Position numbers and translations under genes: made by a program
Notes under the pieces: model-generated
What the model saw: only the letters and a program-made list of their open reading frames with translations
Told to the model about the DNA's origin: nothing
Databases searched by the model: none
Origin: a virus
Taxonomy: Duplodnaviria; Caudoviricetes
DNA length: 37,680 nt
Virus record (IMG/VR): IMGVR_UViG_3300033076_001007
Span: 1 to 37,680 of that record
Reading direction: 5' to 3' (one strand)
In this document: piece by piece, positions 16,924 through 26,053 of the stretch
How the letters are laid out: each line of letters starts with the position of its first letter
Numbering within the stretch: the first letter of the stretch is position 1

Positions 16924-17682
16924 ATGGCGATCTCACTCAACAGCATCAAGCGCACGACCGCGATCAGCGCGCCGCGCATGCTCGTCTACGGCGAAGCAGG
17001 CATCGGCAAGACGACGTTCGCGGCCGGAGCACCGCGCCCCGTCTTCGTCTTTACTGAGGACGGCGCCGGCACCTTGACCGTCGACTCGTTCCCGAAGGCG
17101 AACTCCTTCGCCGACGTGATGGACGCGATCGCAGCCCTGTACTCGGAAGAGCACGACTACGAGTCGATCGTCGTCGACTCTCTCGATCATCTCGAACCGC
17201 TGATTTGGGCCGAGGTTTGCGCCCAGCACGGCATCCGCTCGATCGAGGAGATGGGGTACGGCAAGGGCTACATGGAAGCTATCGCGTACTGGCGTCAGTT
17301 TCTCGACGGCCTGAACGCACTGCGCGATCACAAGGGAATGTGCGTGATCCTGATCGCGCACCACCAGATCCGCCGGTTCGAAAGCCCGGAGCATGACTCG
17401 ATCGATCGCTATGACATCAAGTTGCACGCCAAGGCGTCTGCGCTGGTGCAGGAGTCGGTCGACGTGATCGGGTTCGCGAAGCCGCGCGTCGTGACCAAGG
17501 TCGAGAACCTGGGCTTCAACCAGACGCGCACGCGCGGCGTGTCTACTGGCGAGCGCGTGCTCGCGGTCGTCGGGACCGCCGCATACGTCGCCAAGAACAG
17601 ATACGCATTGCCGGCGGAACTCCCGCTGACATGGTCCGCACTCGCGGACGCAATCTCCGCTGCCAAGCAGGCAGCGGCTTAA
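16924..17682 (+). CDS. AAA_24 / Sak4-like ssDNA-annealing ATPase
   Basis: YGEAGIGKTT Walker A, IVVDSLD Walker B, LIAH, AKNRY. Confidence 0.9.
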   Translation: MAISLNSIKRTTAISAPRMLVYGEAGIGKTTFAAGAPRPVFVFTEDGAGTLTVDSFPKANSFADVMDAIAALYSEEHDYESIVVDSLDHLEPLIWAEVCAQHGIRSIEEMGYGKGYMEAIAYWRQFLDGLNALRDHKGMCVILIAHHQIRRFESPEHDSIDRYDIKLHAKASALVQESVDVIGFAKPRVVTKVENLGFNQTRTRGVSTGERVLAVVGTAAYVAKNRYALPAELPLTWSALADAISAAKQAAA

Positions 17683-17706
17683 CCAAAGACCGAGGAGAAC
17701 GACACT

Positions 17707-18204
17707 GTGGCAATCCTTCAATTTGACGCAACCACCGTCCAGCCGAACGCACCGCTGGAACCCGTCCCGAGCGGAGACTACCTCTGCATGATCGTGGATT
17801 CCGAGATGAAGCCGACCTCGCGCGGCGACGGCGCGTACCTGCAACTGACGATGGAGATCCTCGAGGGGCCGTACCAGGGTCGCAAGCTGTTCGACCGTCT
17901 CAACCTGCAGAACCCGAACGCGCAGGCGGTCGAGATCGCGTACCGCACTCTGTCGGCGATCTGCCACGCGGTCGGTCGTCTGCAGGTCAACGACTCCGCG
18001 GAACTGCACGACAAGCCGCTGATCGCCAAGGTCGCGCTGAAGCCGCCGAAGGGCGAGTACGGCGAGAGCAACGAGGTCAAGGGCTACAAGGCAGTCAACG
18101 GTGCGGTCGGCATGACCGGCGTCGCGACGCGGTCCCCGACCTACCCGCAGCCTGGCGTTGCGCCCGCGGCTCCCGCCGCTGCATCGCGCCCCTGGGCCCG
18201 GTGA
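17707..18204 (+). CDS. DUF669 single-stranded DNA-binding protein
   Basis: PVPSGDY...K....G.YLQLT.EILEGPYQGRKLFDRLNL...NEVKGY and PW tail; GAGGAG RBS. Confidence 0.88.
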   Translation: MAILQFDATTVQPNAPLEPVPSGDYLCMIVDSEMKPTSRGDGAYLQLTMEILEGPYQGRKLFDRLNLQNPNAQAVEIAYRTLSAICHAVGRLQVNDSAELHDKPLIAKVALKPPKGEYGESNEVKGYKAVNGAVGMTGVATRSPTYPQPGVAPAAPAAASRPWAR

Positions 18205-19244
18205 TGGCGGCCCTGCCGCAACAGGAGAGCACGCTCGCGGCGATCGACCGAGCGGTGGAGCGGGAGGCCGACGACGGCCTCCGCTACCACCTGGGGGCGT
18301 CCGTGATCGGCGACGAGTGCGACCGCAAGCTCTGGTACATATTTCGCTGGGTCGGGGCGGAATCCAAGAGCGGGCGCATGCTGCGCCTGTTCGACCGCGG
18401 CGCGCGAGAAGAGGAAGCATTGATCGGCTGGCTGCGCAAAGCCGGCGTCACGGTCTGGGACCGCGACCCGGCGAGCGGTCAGCAGTTCAGAGTGAGCGAG
18501 ATCGGCGGCCACTTCGGCGGCAGTCTCGACGGCGTGGCGATGGGAATCATCGAGGCGCCAGAGAAGCCGCACGTTCTTGAGTTCAAGACCATGAACGAGA
18601 AGTCGTTCAACAAGCTGCAGAAGGTAGGCGTCGAGAAGGCGCAGCCGAAGCACTTCACGCAGATGCAGATCTACATGGAGCTCATGGATATTGAGCGCGC
18701 CTTCTATCTGGTGGTCTGCAAGAACGACGACCGCCTGTACGCCGAGCGGGTGCGCCGGTCCGCGACGGTGGCGCGTCAGGCGCTGAAGAGAGCTGAGCGG
18801 ATCATCACGAGCGATCGGCCGCCGGCCAGGATCTCGGACGACCCGACCCTGTACGTCTGCAAGTTCTGCGATTACCGCGAGCACTGCCACGTCGAGGCGA
18901 CGCCGCTCGCGAACTGCCGGACCTGCATCCATTCGACGCCGGAGCTCGACGGGCACGGCCGGTGGTCATGCTCCCGGCACTTCAAGGATCTGACCGAGAA
19001 AGAGCAACGCGCCGGTTGCCCGACGCACTTGTTCATCCCCGAGTTGATCGCGAAGTGGGCAGAGCAGCACGACGCCGACGACGGCAACGTCTATTACGTC
19101 AACAAGCTAACCGGCAACAGGTTCGCGAACGGGCCGGACGGTTACCTGTCGAGCGAGATCGCGGCGGCGTCTGACGTGCGCGTGATCGGCGCATACGAGA
19201 CAGAAGAACTGCGACGCGAGTTTGGGGGCGAGGTGGTTGGATGA
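18201..19244 (+). CDS. PD-(D/E)XK (Cas4/RecB-like) exonuclease
   Basis: HLGAS.IG.EC.R.LWY, GSLDG, LEFKT, QMQIYM, CKFCDY..C. Confidence 0.9.
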   Translation: MMAALPQQESTLAAIDRAVEREADDGLRYHLGASVIGDECDRKLWYIFRWVGAESKSGRMLRLFDRGAREEEALIGWLRKAGVTVWDRDPASGQQFRVSEIGGHFGGSLDGVAMGIIEAPEKPHVLEFKTMNEKSFNKLQKVGVEKAQPKHFTQMQIYMELMDIERAFYLVVCKNDDRLYAERVRRSATVARQALKRAERIITSDRPPARISDDPTLYVCKFCDYREHCHVEATPLANCRTCIHSTPELDGHGRWSCSRHFKDLTEKEQRAGCPTHLFIPELIAKWAEQHDADDGNVYYVNKLTGNRFANGPDGYLSSEIAAASDVRVIGAYETEELRREFGGEVVG

Positions 19245-20860
19245 TGAAGCTGCGCGACTACCAGATCGATGCCGTCAACCGAGTCTGGTCCTGGTTCGAA
19301 GAGGGCGGCGGCCACGGCTTGTGGGTGCTGCCAACCGGGGCGGGCAAGTCTCTGATCATCGCAGAGATCGTTCGGCGCGTGATTGCGCCGGACCTTGGCG
19401 ATCGAATCCTGATGCTCACGCATGCCAAAGAACTTATCGCGCAGAACCTCGACAAGCTTCTGACGATCTGGCCTGACGCACCTGCCGGCGTCTACGCGGC
19501 AAGCCTGCGCCGTCGAGAGGCGTACATGCCGATCGTCTACGCGTCGATCCAGACGGTTTGGAAGCGCGCCCATGAGCTCGGCAAGTTCAGTTTGATCATT
19601 GTCGACGAGGCGCACCTGATCCCGACCAAGGGTCAGACCATGTACCGGCGCTTCCTCGACGAGGCGATGCGGATCAATCCGCAACTCAAGATCATCGGGT
19701 TGAGCGCGACGCCGTACCGGCTCGACAGCGGGCTGCTCCACACCGGTCCTGACGCGTTGTTCGACGGCATCGCATTCGATTTGCCGCTCGGCGATCTGAT
19801 CGACCGGGGCTACCTGGTCCCGCTCCATAGCAAAGGGACGCTGCGGCGCATCAACCTCGACGGGGTCCGCACCCGGCTCGGCGAGTACGTTGCGGCGGAT
19901 CTCGACCGCGCTGTCCACGAGGACGGGCTGACGGCCGCAGCGGTGACCGAAGTGATTCAGTGGGGGCAGGACCGCAAGGCGTGGCTCCTTTTCTGCAGCA
20001 GCGTCGACCATGCCTACGAGGTGCGAGACGAACTGCGCTCGCGCGGGATCACTGCAGAGACGGTCGAGGCAGACACGCCGCATCACGAGCGTGACGACAT
20101 CCTCGAGCGGTTCAGGCGCGGCGAGATCCGCGCGCTGACCAACATGTCAGTCCTGACTACCGGGTTCGACGCGCCGATCGTCGACCTGCTGGTCATGCTG
20201 CGACCGACACAGTCGACGAGTCTTTTCGTTCAGATGGCTGGCCGCGGCATGCGTACCGCGCCAGGGAAGACAGATTGTCTCGTCTTGGATTTCGCCGGCA
20301 ACGTCCTGCGTCACGGGCCGGTCGACGCGGTGCGTCCGCGCGACAAGGTGCCGGGCCAGGGTGGCGGCGTTGCGCCGCAGGGAAAGACCTGCCCGTCGTG
20401 CTCGACGATCGTCCACGCCAGCGTGCGGATCTGCCACGTCTGCGGCTACGCGTGGCCCACGCCAGCGAAGCACGAGGCGACGGCGACCGAAGCTCCTGTT
20501 CTGTCAAGCCAGATCAGGCCGGAATGGATGTCGGTCAAGGACGTGTATTACCGGCGCCACCGGAAGGTCGGCAAGCCAGACAGTCTGCGCGTCGACTACG
20601 TCTGCGGGCTGCGGATGGTGACCGAGTACGTCTGCCTCGAGCACATCGGCTACGCGCGAACGAAGGCGCTGCAATGGATAGAGCGGAGAGACCCGACCGG
20701 GACCGTGAACAGTGTCGGAGACGCTCTGCGCCTGTCGCACAAGCTGCGCAGGCCGGTCGAGATTCTTGTCAGGAGAGAAGGACAGTATGACCGCGTCATC
20801 AATTGGAGATTTGACAGCGAGACGAACTCAGCGGATTCAGGAAGCCATGCGGCGGCTTGA
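19241..20860 (+). CDS. SF2 DEAD/DEAH-type helicase (RadD/YejH-like) with zinc finger
   Basis: LRDYQ, LPTGAGKS, DEAH, SATP, TTGFD, QMAGRGMR, CPSC..CHVC. Confidence 0.93.
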   Translation: MMKLRDYQIDAVNRVWSWFEEGGGHGLWVLPTGAGKSLIIAEIVRRVIAPDLGDRILMLTHAKELIAQNLDKLLTIWPDAPAGVYAASLRRREAYMPIVYASIQTVWKRAHELGKFSLIIVDEAHLIPTKGQTMYRRFLDEAMRINPQLKIIGLSATPYRLDSGLLHTGPDALFDGIAFDLPLGDLIDRGYLVPLHSKGTLRRINLDGVRTRLGEYVAADLDRAVHEDGLTAAAVTEVIQWGQDRKAWLLFCSSVDHAYEVRDELRSRGITAETVEADTPHHERDDILERFRRGEIRALTNMSVLTTGFDAPIVDLLVMLRPTQSTSLFVQMAGRGMRTAPGKTDCLVLDFAGNVLRHGPVDAVRPRDKVPGQGGGVAPQGKTCPSCSTIVHASVRICHVCGYAWPTPAKHEATATEAPVLSSQIRPEWMSVKDVYYRRHRKVGKPDSLRVDYVCGLRMVTEYVCLEHIGYARTKALQWIERRDPTGTVNSVGDALRLSHKLRRPVEILVRREGQYDRVINWRFDSETNSADSGSHAAA

Positions 20861-20993
20861 ATTCGAGCTTGTCAGGTCGTGCCACAACTGTGCTGAGTTC
20901 AGCGGTGGTCGATGCGCGAAGGTCGACGACGCGGTGCCAGACTGGTTTCAAGTGTTCGGGTGCGACGAGTTCAGGCAGGACGTGCCGTTCTGA
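20847..20993 (+). CDS. 48-aa Cys-rich protein
   Basis: MRRLEFELVRSCHNC..C...GCDEF..DVPF; AGGA RBS. Confidence 0.7.
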   Translation: MRRLEFELVRSCHNCAEFSGGRCAKVDDAVPDWFQVFGCDEFRQDVPF

Positions 20994-21005
20994 ACGGGGG
21001 CCGAA

Positions 21006-21113
21006 ATGATCGATTATCAGGATGAATCACAATCCGGCGCACGCGCCCTTGCTCTTGCGCTGGTGGTCTGGGTTTCTGGAATGGGGGGTGTGGTATGGAT
21101 GTTGATGGGTTGA
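21006..21113 (+). CDS. 35-aa membrane peptide
   Basis: Translated by hand: MIDYQDESQSGARALALALVVWVSGMGGVVWMLMG; fills the operon gap. Confidence 0.5.
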   Translation: MIDYQDESQSGARALALALVVWVSGMGGVVWMLMG

Positions 21114-21832
21114 TCGGGCGACTCGATGATCTTGCGCGTTACGAAAACATCGGAGAAGCGGCAGAAGCCGCCGCCGCCCTGCGCGAACTGAAGCGCGAGC
21201 GTGACAACTGGATAGAAACAGCGGAGCAGTTCGCGCGAAACGCTGACTTCTACCGCGGGATTGTTGTTCAGATAGGCGATATGTTCGGTGAGGCAGCAAA
21301 AACGTCAGACGACGGGACTGTGCAGGACAGCGTTCTGTCGTTAGTAGTGCCGGAATTGGTTGAGCGGCTGAAGCGCGAACGCGACGCGCTGAAGGCTGAG
21401 AACGAGCGGCTGCGGAGCAATCTTGCTGCGCTTGAGGACGAAAAGAACACCTATATCGACTACGTTGGCGATTCTCTCGGTCAGGACCATGACGCCGAGA
21501 CGCTATGGGATGCAGCGCAGCGCGTATTGAGCGAACGCGACAGGTATCGCGTGATTGTAGAGAGACTGCTTGAGGCCGCTGATTCTGACCCGTTTGGGAC
21601 TGTCGGACACTTTTGCGAACACGGCCCGGCATCGGTCGAGATTGGCGGATTGCGCGAAGCACTCGCCGCGAGGGATCTCTGGCAATACTACTACCGCGTT
21701 GACGGCTGCATGGCGAAAGAGTCCGGTGATGCGAACTGCATCTGCTGGCACGACGAGGGCACGGGACCATTCGCGTCAGAAAAACGCGGCGAATCAATTC
21801 TGGAATGGCGACTCACCGCGAGGGAGGAATGA
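21095..21832 (+). CDS. 245-aa mosaic coiled-coil phage protein (Ead/Ea22-like)
   Basis: LKRERD repeated twice plus LSERD; patchwork of short modules. Confidence 0.75.
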   Translation: MDVDGLIGRLDDLARYENIGEAAEAAAALRELKRERDNWIETAEQFARNADFYRGIVVQIGDMFGEAAKTSDDGTVQDSVLSLVVPELVERLKRERDALKAENERLRSNLAALEDEKNTYIDYVGDSLGQDHDAETLWDAAQRVLSERDRYRVIVERLLEAADSDPFGTVGHFCEHGPASVEIGGLREALAARDLWQYYYRVDGCMAKESGDANCICWHDEGTGPFASEKRGESILEWRLTAREE

Positions 21833-22071
21833 TGGGCGACTTCAACGAACCGGCTTATCCGCACAACGAAACTGACCACGCTCACGGCGCAACGTCTACT
21901 CGTAAGCCCGGCCTCACCATCCGCCAGCAGGCGGTGCTGATGGCGATGCAGGGGATTGCGTCTAACCCCATGTTCAATCCAACGCGACAAGAGCATTTTG
22001 ATAATGCCGCTATTGACGCGATTCTACTGGCCGATGCCGTGCTCCGCGCTGAGAGGGAGATCAGGGAATGA
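21829..22071 (+). CDS. 80-aa phage protein (PAYP..GLTIR..AMQG family)
   Basis: GGAGG RBS; EPAYP...GLTIRQQAVLMAMQG...ADAVLRA. Confidence 0.8.
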   Translation: MMGDFNEPAYPHNETDHAHGATSTRKPGLTIRQQAVLMAMQGIASNPMFNPTRQEHFDNAAIDAILLADAVLRAEREIRE

Positions 22072-22301
22072 AAACCGCCGAAGCAGTTGAGATTTGCAAA
22101 CGGCTGGCAGAGGGCCTAACCATCCGCCAGCAGGCGGTGCTGATGATGGCGGCGGCAATGATTAAAGCGGGAGCGCCCATATTCAACAGCGAGGAGGAAA
22201 TACGCGCCTACGGTGACGCCGCTTGCGATTGGGCCGACATAGTACTTCGCGCCGAGAGGGAGAGCAGGGAATGAAAACCGCCGAAGCAATTGAGATTTGC
22301 A
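21910..22301 (+). repeat. Diverged tandem duplication of about 203 bp
   Basis: ACCATCCGCCAGCAGGCGGTGCTGATG and GAGAGGGAGAnCAGGGAATGAAAACCGCCGAAGCAnTTGAGATTTGCA each occur twice, about 203 bp apart. Confidence 0.85.
22068..22274 (+). CDS. 68-aa chimeric protein
   Basis: N-terminus MKTAEAVEIC shared with the next gene; GLTIRQQAVLM..VLRAERE shared with the previous gene. Confidence 0.75.
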   Translation: MKTAEAVEICKRLAEGLTIRQQAVLMMAAAMIKAGAPIFNSEEEIRAYGDAACDWADIVLRAERESRE

Positions 22302-22504
22302 GAGGGTGGCTTTCCTATCTTGACCGACAGCGAGCACAAGCCAAACGGTTGGCAGAACTCGCACGAATGGCGCGGGAGGGGAAGGCGGAAGAGGCGCAGA
22401 AAGAACTGCGGATGATGGATCGCTCCCCGGTCGTATACGACGGTGCAGAGTTGGAAAAAGCAGTCCGTCAGTTGCTCAAAGAGAGGGAGAGCAGAGATGA
22501 GTAA
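22271..22504 (+). CDS. Hypothetical 77-aa protein
   Basis: MKTAEAIEIC start; ATGA overlap; GGAG RBS. Confidence 0.75.
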   Translation: MKTAEAIEICRGWLSYLDRQRAQAKRLAELARMAREGKAEEAQKELRMMDRSPVVYDGAELEKAVRQLLKERESRDE

Positions 22505-22703
22505 TTGGGAGCCAACGATGCGGCTGCGGTTTGTGGAGCGGCTGGACCAAAACCCGCCAGCAGGAGCGCAGGTAGTCAGGACTGTGCGCACGCTTCAGCA
22601 GCAGTGGAGGCGTCTAGTAAGCGGTGTAGATGAACAAGGAGCATACTGGGATGAAAAAACCGAATGGCGCGACGTGCCGCTGGTGAAGGAGGGAGAGGAA
22701 TGA
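22497..22703 (+). CDS. Hypothetical 68-aa protein
   Basis: LRFVER..LQQQW..EWRDVP, a common small phage protein pattern. Confidence 0.75.
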   Translation: MSNWEPTMRLRFVERLDQNPPAGAQVVRTVRTLQQQWRRLVSGVDEQGAYWDEKTEWRDVPLVKEGEE

Positions 22704-22990
22704 GCAGCGAAGCGCCGGAACTGAAGCCGTGTCCTTTTTGCGGGGGGCAGGCGGAATCGCAAATGTGGGTTCATCCAGACAACACGATAGGTCATGCGGT
22801 CGCCTGCCGAGACTGCACTATATCAACCGATGATGAGGATGATATTGCGTCAGCAATTCAAATATGGAACCGCCGCGCCGACCTTCCGTGGTTGCCTGTA
22901 TCACCAGATGAGGCGGCGAACTGGATCATCATCGAAATGGGCGAGCATTACGCAGCACGATTGCAGGATGCGCTGGAGTATAGGCTATGA
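22700..22990 (+). CDS. Lar-family (restriction alleviation-like) zinc finger protein
   Basis: ELKPCPFCGG...V.C.DC...AI..WNRR. Confidence 0.85.
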   Translation: MSSEAPELKPCPFCGGQAESQMWVHPDNTIGHAVACRDCTISTDDEDDIASAIQIWNRRADLPWLPVSPDEAANWIIIEMGEHYAARLQDALEYRL

Positions 22991-23568
22991 GTGTAGAGAA
23001 CCTGTGTTTCGCGTGCACGAAAGAGATCAGTTCGCCGCTTTTGTATTGCGACTCTTGCTTGGCGAACATCATTCCAGAATCGGTGTGTGAGCATGGTTCA
23101 CTAAAGCGAAGTTGTGCGGTTTGCGAAGTAGTTGCAGAGCGTGATGTCATGCTCGCGGAGCGGGATGCGGAGATTGAGAGGATGCGAGTGCGCGCACAGG
23201 AACTTAGCGACCTTGCGTATTCGTATGAACAGCGCAGCAAAGAAGCGCAGGACGCGGTAATTGCATACGAGTGCGACCGGCAGATTTTGATTGACGGGCT
23301 TGCCAGTGCAAATGGGGAGATTGAGCGGTTGCAGAAAGAACTGCGCGATGCTCTGGATGCGGAATCAACGAACGCCAGAAATGCGGCGCACTATTGCTCC
23401 CTGTTGTCTGAAGCAACGGATCACCTCGCCGCCGAGCGCCAGCGGGCGAGACTGCCGGATGATCTGGTGGAGTTGGCGCGCGAAGCATCGATAAACCCGA
23501 TAAACGACAAGTTTCTGCAACAACAGGCATGGCAGATGATCGTTGAAGCCGTGGAGCAGAAGCCGTGA
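22987..23568 (+). CDS. 193-aa Cys-rich plus coiled-coil protein
   Basis: CFAC..CDSC, CEHGSLKRSCAVC, then a coiled coil. Confidence 0.75.
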   Translation: MSVENLCFACTKEISSPLLYCDSCLANIIPESVCEHGSLKRSCAVCEVVAERDVMLAERDAEIERMRVRAQELSDLAYSYEQRSKEAQDAVIAYECDRQILIDGLASANGEIERLQKELRDALDAESTNARNAAHYCSLLSEATDHLAAERQRARLPDDLVELAREASINPINDKFLQQQAWQMIVEAVEQKP

Positions 23569-23855
23569 TCCTGACTGAACAGGAACTAGCCGAACTCACC
23601 GGGAGGGTGAGGCCACAAGCCCAAGCCCGAGAGTTAGCACACCTTGGCATACCGTACAAGCGGCGACGGGACGGGACGATTGTGGTATTGCGTGCGGACA
23701 TATCGGCAGGGAGTCCGCAGGAGCCGATCCTGCGGCTAAGGAATGCGTCCGCGAACAAAGGACCGGCACCTACCTCGATGCGTGTATCAACGCCACGGGG
23801 CGTACTGGTACGTCAGCAAGGGGAAGTGGACCCGACTGGGGCGCGAGCTCGGTGA
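23565..23855 (+). CDS. DUF4224 excisionase-like protein
   Basis: LTEQELAELTG....AQ...L...GIPY....DG...V; directly upstream of and overlapping the integrase. Confidence 0.8.
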   Translation: MILTEQELAELTGRVRPQAQARELAHLGIPYKRRRDGTIVVLRADISAGSPQEPILRLRNASANKGPAPTSMRVSTPRGVLVRQQGEVDPTGARAR

Positions 23856-24723
23856 GGCGCTGCAGGCGTATGCAGCTATCGTCGAGTCTCGCCCTGCCTG
23901 CACCGGGATGCCCGGTCTGATCGACCGCGTGCTCGAGCACATCCGCCCCCGCCTCTCCGCCGCCACCGTCACGCAGTACGAAGCCGCCGCGCGATACCTG
24001 CGGGACGTGTTTGCCGAGTTCCAGCCGGACCAGGTGCTGCCGCGCCACATTGCCGCCATCAAGGTCGATCTCAGCGCCACGCCGAACATGGCGAACCGGG
24101 TGCTCAGTTTCGCGCGCCAGGTGTTCGCGTTCGGCCTCGAATGGGGCGAGGTCGACAGCAACCCCGCGGTCGGGATCAAACGGCACAACGAGCGGAAGCG
24201 CGCCCGCTACATCACCGACGACGAGTACCGGGCGATCTACGCTCACGCGCCGGAGCGCCTTCAGGTCGTCATGGACCTGCTCTACCTAACCGGCCAGCGC
24301 GTCAACGACGTCCTGGCGCTCAAGTGGTCGGCCGTCAGCGAGGCTGGCATCGCTTTCCAGCCGTCCAAAACGGCCGCGAGCACAGGTGCGCGGTTAGTGG
24401 TAAAGGCGTCCCCTGCGCTCGCCCAGGCGCTCGCGCGGTGCAACGGCCGGGGCTACCTGATCGAAGGGCGCTGGGGCAGCCGGGTTGATTACCGCTCGGT
24501 GGTCGAGCAGTGGCGGGCGGCATGCGAGCGGGCCGGGGTCGCAGATGCGCAGCTTCGGGATCTGCGGGCGAAGTCCCTGACGGACGCAAAGGCGCAGGGG
24601 CTGGACCCTACAGCGCTGGCGGCGCATCACTCCCCGGCTATGACGGCGCGGTACATTCGGAGAAGGGAAACGCCGGTGGTCGAGGGGCCGCTGTTACAAA
24701 CTGATACAAAAAAGACCTTGTAA
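23743..24723 (+). CDS. int: Tyrosine integrase
   Basis: R.LP..VY..HGAYWYV N-terminus; catalytic TGQR, K(T), RDLR, H and T.RY. Confidence 0.92.
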   Translation: MRPRTKDRHLPRCVYQRHGAYWYVSKGKWTRLGRELGEALQAYAAIVESRPACTGMPGLIDRVLEHIRPRLSAATVTQYEAAARYLRDVFAEFQPDQVLPRHIAAIKVDLSATPNMANRVLSFARQVFAFGLEWGEVDSNPAVGIKRHNERKRARYITDDEYRAIYAHAPERLQVVMDLLYLTGQRVNDVLALKWSAVSEAGIAFQPSKTAASTGARLVVKASPALAQALARCNGRGYLIEGRWGSRVDYRSVVEQWRAACERAGVADAQLRDLRAKSLTDAKAQGLDPTALAAHHSPAMTARYIRRRETPVVEGPLLQTDTKKTL

Positions 24724-24746
24724 CGGTAGCGCATGTGTTATACATT
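24718..24746 (+). promoter_or_regulatory. Candidate sigma70 promoter of the post-integrase cassette
   Basis: TTGTAA, 17 nt, TACATT; GTTACAA/TTGTAAC inverted repeat at 24693-24724. Confidence 0.5.
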
Positions 24747-24772
24747 ACTCCCATCAGCAAGGGAGAACGGGG

Positions 24773-25042
24773 ATGAGCGTACAAATCACCATGACGCTAA
24801 ACGGCGAAACGAGAGAAGTTGAAACGTTCTGGGTTGGCAGCGGGCTTTGTCTTGGTGGCATAGAAATAATGACCAAGACCGGCAAAAAGGCAAACAGGGG
24901 CATTGTGTTTCTCAAGGCGAACCCGGAAAACATTTACACAGAGCGCGATATAACCTCCGTTGATTACGGCGGAATGAGGGGGAACGGATACGCTCAAGTA
25001 AGCAAGATTCGGTATATCGGGTTTGCGAAGGTGGCGGCATGA
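24773..25042 (+). CDS. Hypothetical 89-aa protein
   Basis: GGGAG RBS; lower GC than the integrase. Confidence 0.75.
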   Translation: MSVQITMTLNGETREVETFWVGSGLCLGGIEIMTKTGKKANRGIVFLKANPENIYTERDITSVDYGGMRGNGYAQVSKIRYIGFAKVAA

Positions 25043-25248
25043 CCGCCGCCGCCGACCTAGCCCGCCAGCGCAAGCGGTGCCCAGAATGTGGAGCACCCAC
25101 AAGAAAGGCGCGAAACCACAACCCAGAGCGCGACGGCGCGAACATCGAATGGGAATGGGAAACCTGCTCCCAATACGGGCCGACCTGCGATTGGGACGAC
25201 ATCGAAAACGCACGGGAGGTGCCGCGTGGACGCAAACGAAGCGCGTAG
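25039..25248 (+). CDS. 69-aa zinc-ribbon protein
   Basis: MTAAADLARQRKRCPECG...C....C; ATGA overlap. Confidence 0.7.
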   Translation: MTAAADLARQRKRCPECGAPTRKARNHNPERDGANIEWEWETCSQYGPTCDWDDIENAREVPRGRKRSA

Positions 25249-25381
25249 AGTGATTGTCGAGATGGCGGGCAATTACGCGCTCGCATTGATCTGCCTCGCA
25301 GGAGCGTGCACAACGATTGGCGTAATGGTTGGAATGGTTGTCACGGTCATCGCGGGGCATGTGTATGAATGCGGCATCTGA
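25226..25381 (+). CDS. 51-aa membrane peptide
   Basis: GGAGG RBS before GTG; hydrophobic ALALICLAGACTTIGVMVGMVVTVIAG. Confidence 0.55.
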   Translation: MDANEARRVIVEMAGNYALALICLAGACTTIGVMVGMVVTVIAGHVYECGI

Positions 25382-25523
25382 GTTGGCAAAACAGCGCAAG
25401 CGCCAGCCTCGCCCCTGCCCACAATGCGGCGAGGTTGTGCCTATGCTCGCGGTTCAGACGTACTGCGGGAATCGGTGCAGGCAGCGCGCATTCCGCGGAG
25501 TAGAAGGGGAGAAAAAGAAATGA
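25365..25523 (+). CDS. 52-aa zinc-finger protein (CGNR-like)
   Basis: MNAASELAKQRKR..CPQCG...YCGNRCRQRAFR. Confidence 0.7.
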   Translation: MNAASELAKQRKRQPRPCPQCGEVVPMLAVQTYCGNRCRQRAFRGVEGEKKK

Positions 25524-26053
25524 AGGCAGAAGTGCAGAAGGCGCTCACCATTGCCAGGGCGAAGCGCGCCCTTGAGCTACGAAGAAGCGGCCTGTCGTAT
25601 CGCCAGGTTGGTGAATCTCTTGATCCGCCGGTCTCGGCGGCAAGGGCTCGAGAACTGATTGGTCGCGCGGAGTATCTTGAGCGCGAGTACGGGGAAATCG
25701 ACGGCTACATTGAGGAAAAAATCAGTCGAGCCAATTTCGGTCTTTCCACTCAGGACAAGAACAAATTGATCGCCGCATTTGGAGACTTGCGCAAAGCCAT
25801 CGATGCCTTCAGAACCGAACTTATCGAATACGGCATAGGCAACGGCGGCATCAAGGTTGGTTCCACACGCGTCTACGGCATGGGAAGGCGCGGCCTGATC
25901 AATGTTTTGAATGCGGTCGGACGCGAAGTGCCAGAGCAGGTTCGTTACGACAAGCCGCCATCACAATCGGAAATCACTCGGGCGATCAATGTCCTGCGCA
26001 GGGCGGGTTATAACGTCGAATCGTTGAGAGTATTGGACGACGTCAAAAATTGA
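25520..26053 (+). CDS. 177-aa HTH protein (sigma region-4-like N-terminus)
   Basis: ALELRRSGLSYRQVGESL..VS..RARE; GGAG RBS and ATGA overlap. Confidence 0.7.
   Translation: MKAEVQKALTIARAKRALELRRSGLSYRQVGESLDPPVSAARARELIGRAEYLEREYGEIDGYIEEKISRANFGLSTQDKNKLIAAFGDLRKAIDAFRTELIEYGIGNGGIKVGSTRVYGMGRRGLINVLNAVGREVPEQVRYDKPPSQSEITRAINVLRRAGYNVESLRVLDDVKN

Noticed and set aside
16933-18420. 495-aa minus-strand ORF and similar long antisense ORFs
   Set aside because: They overlap well-supported plus-strand genes and show no protein-like motifs.
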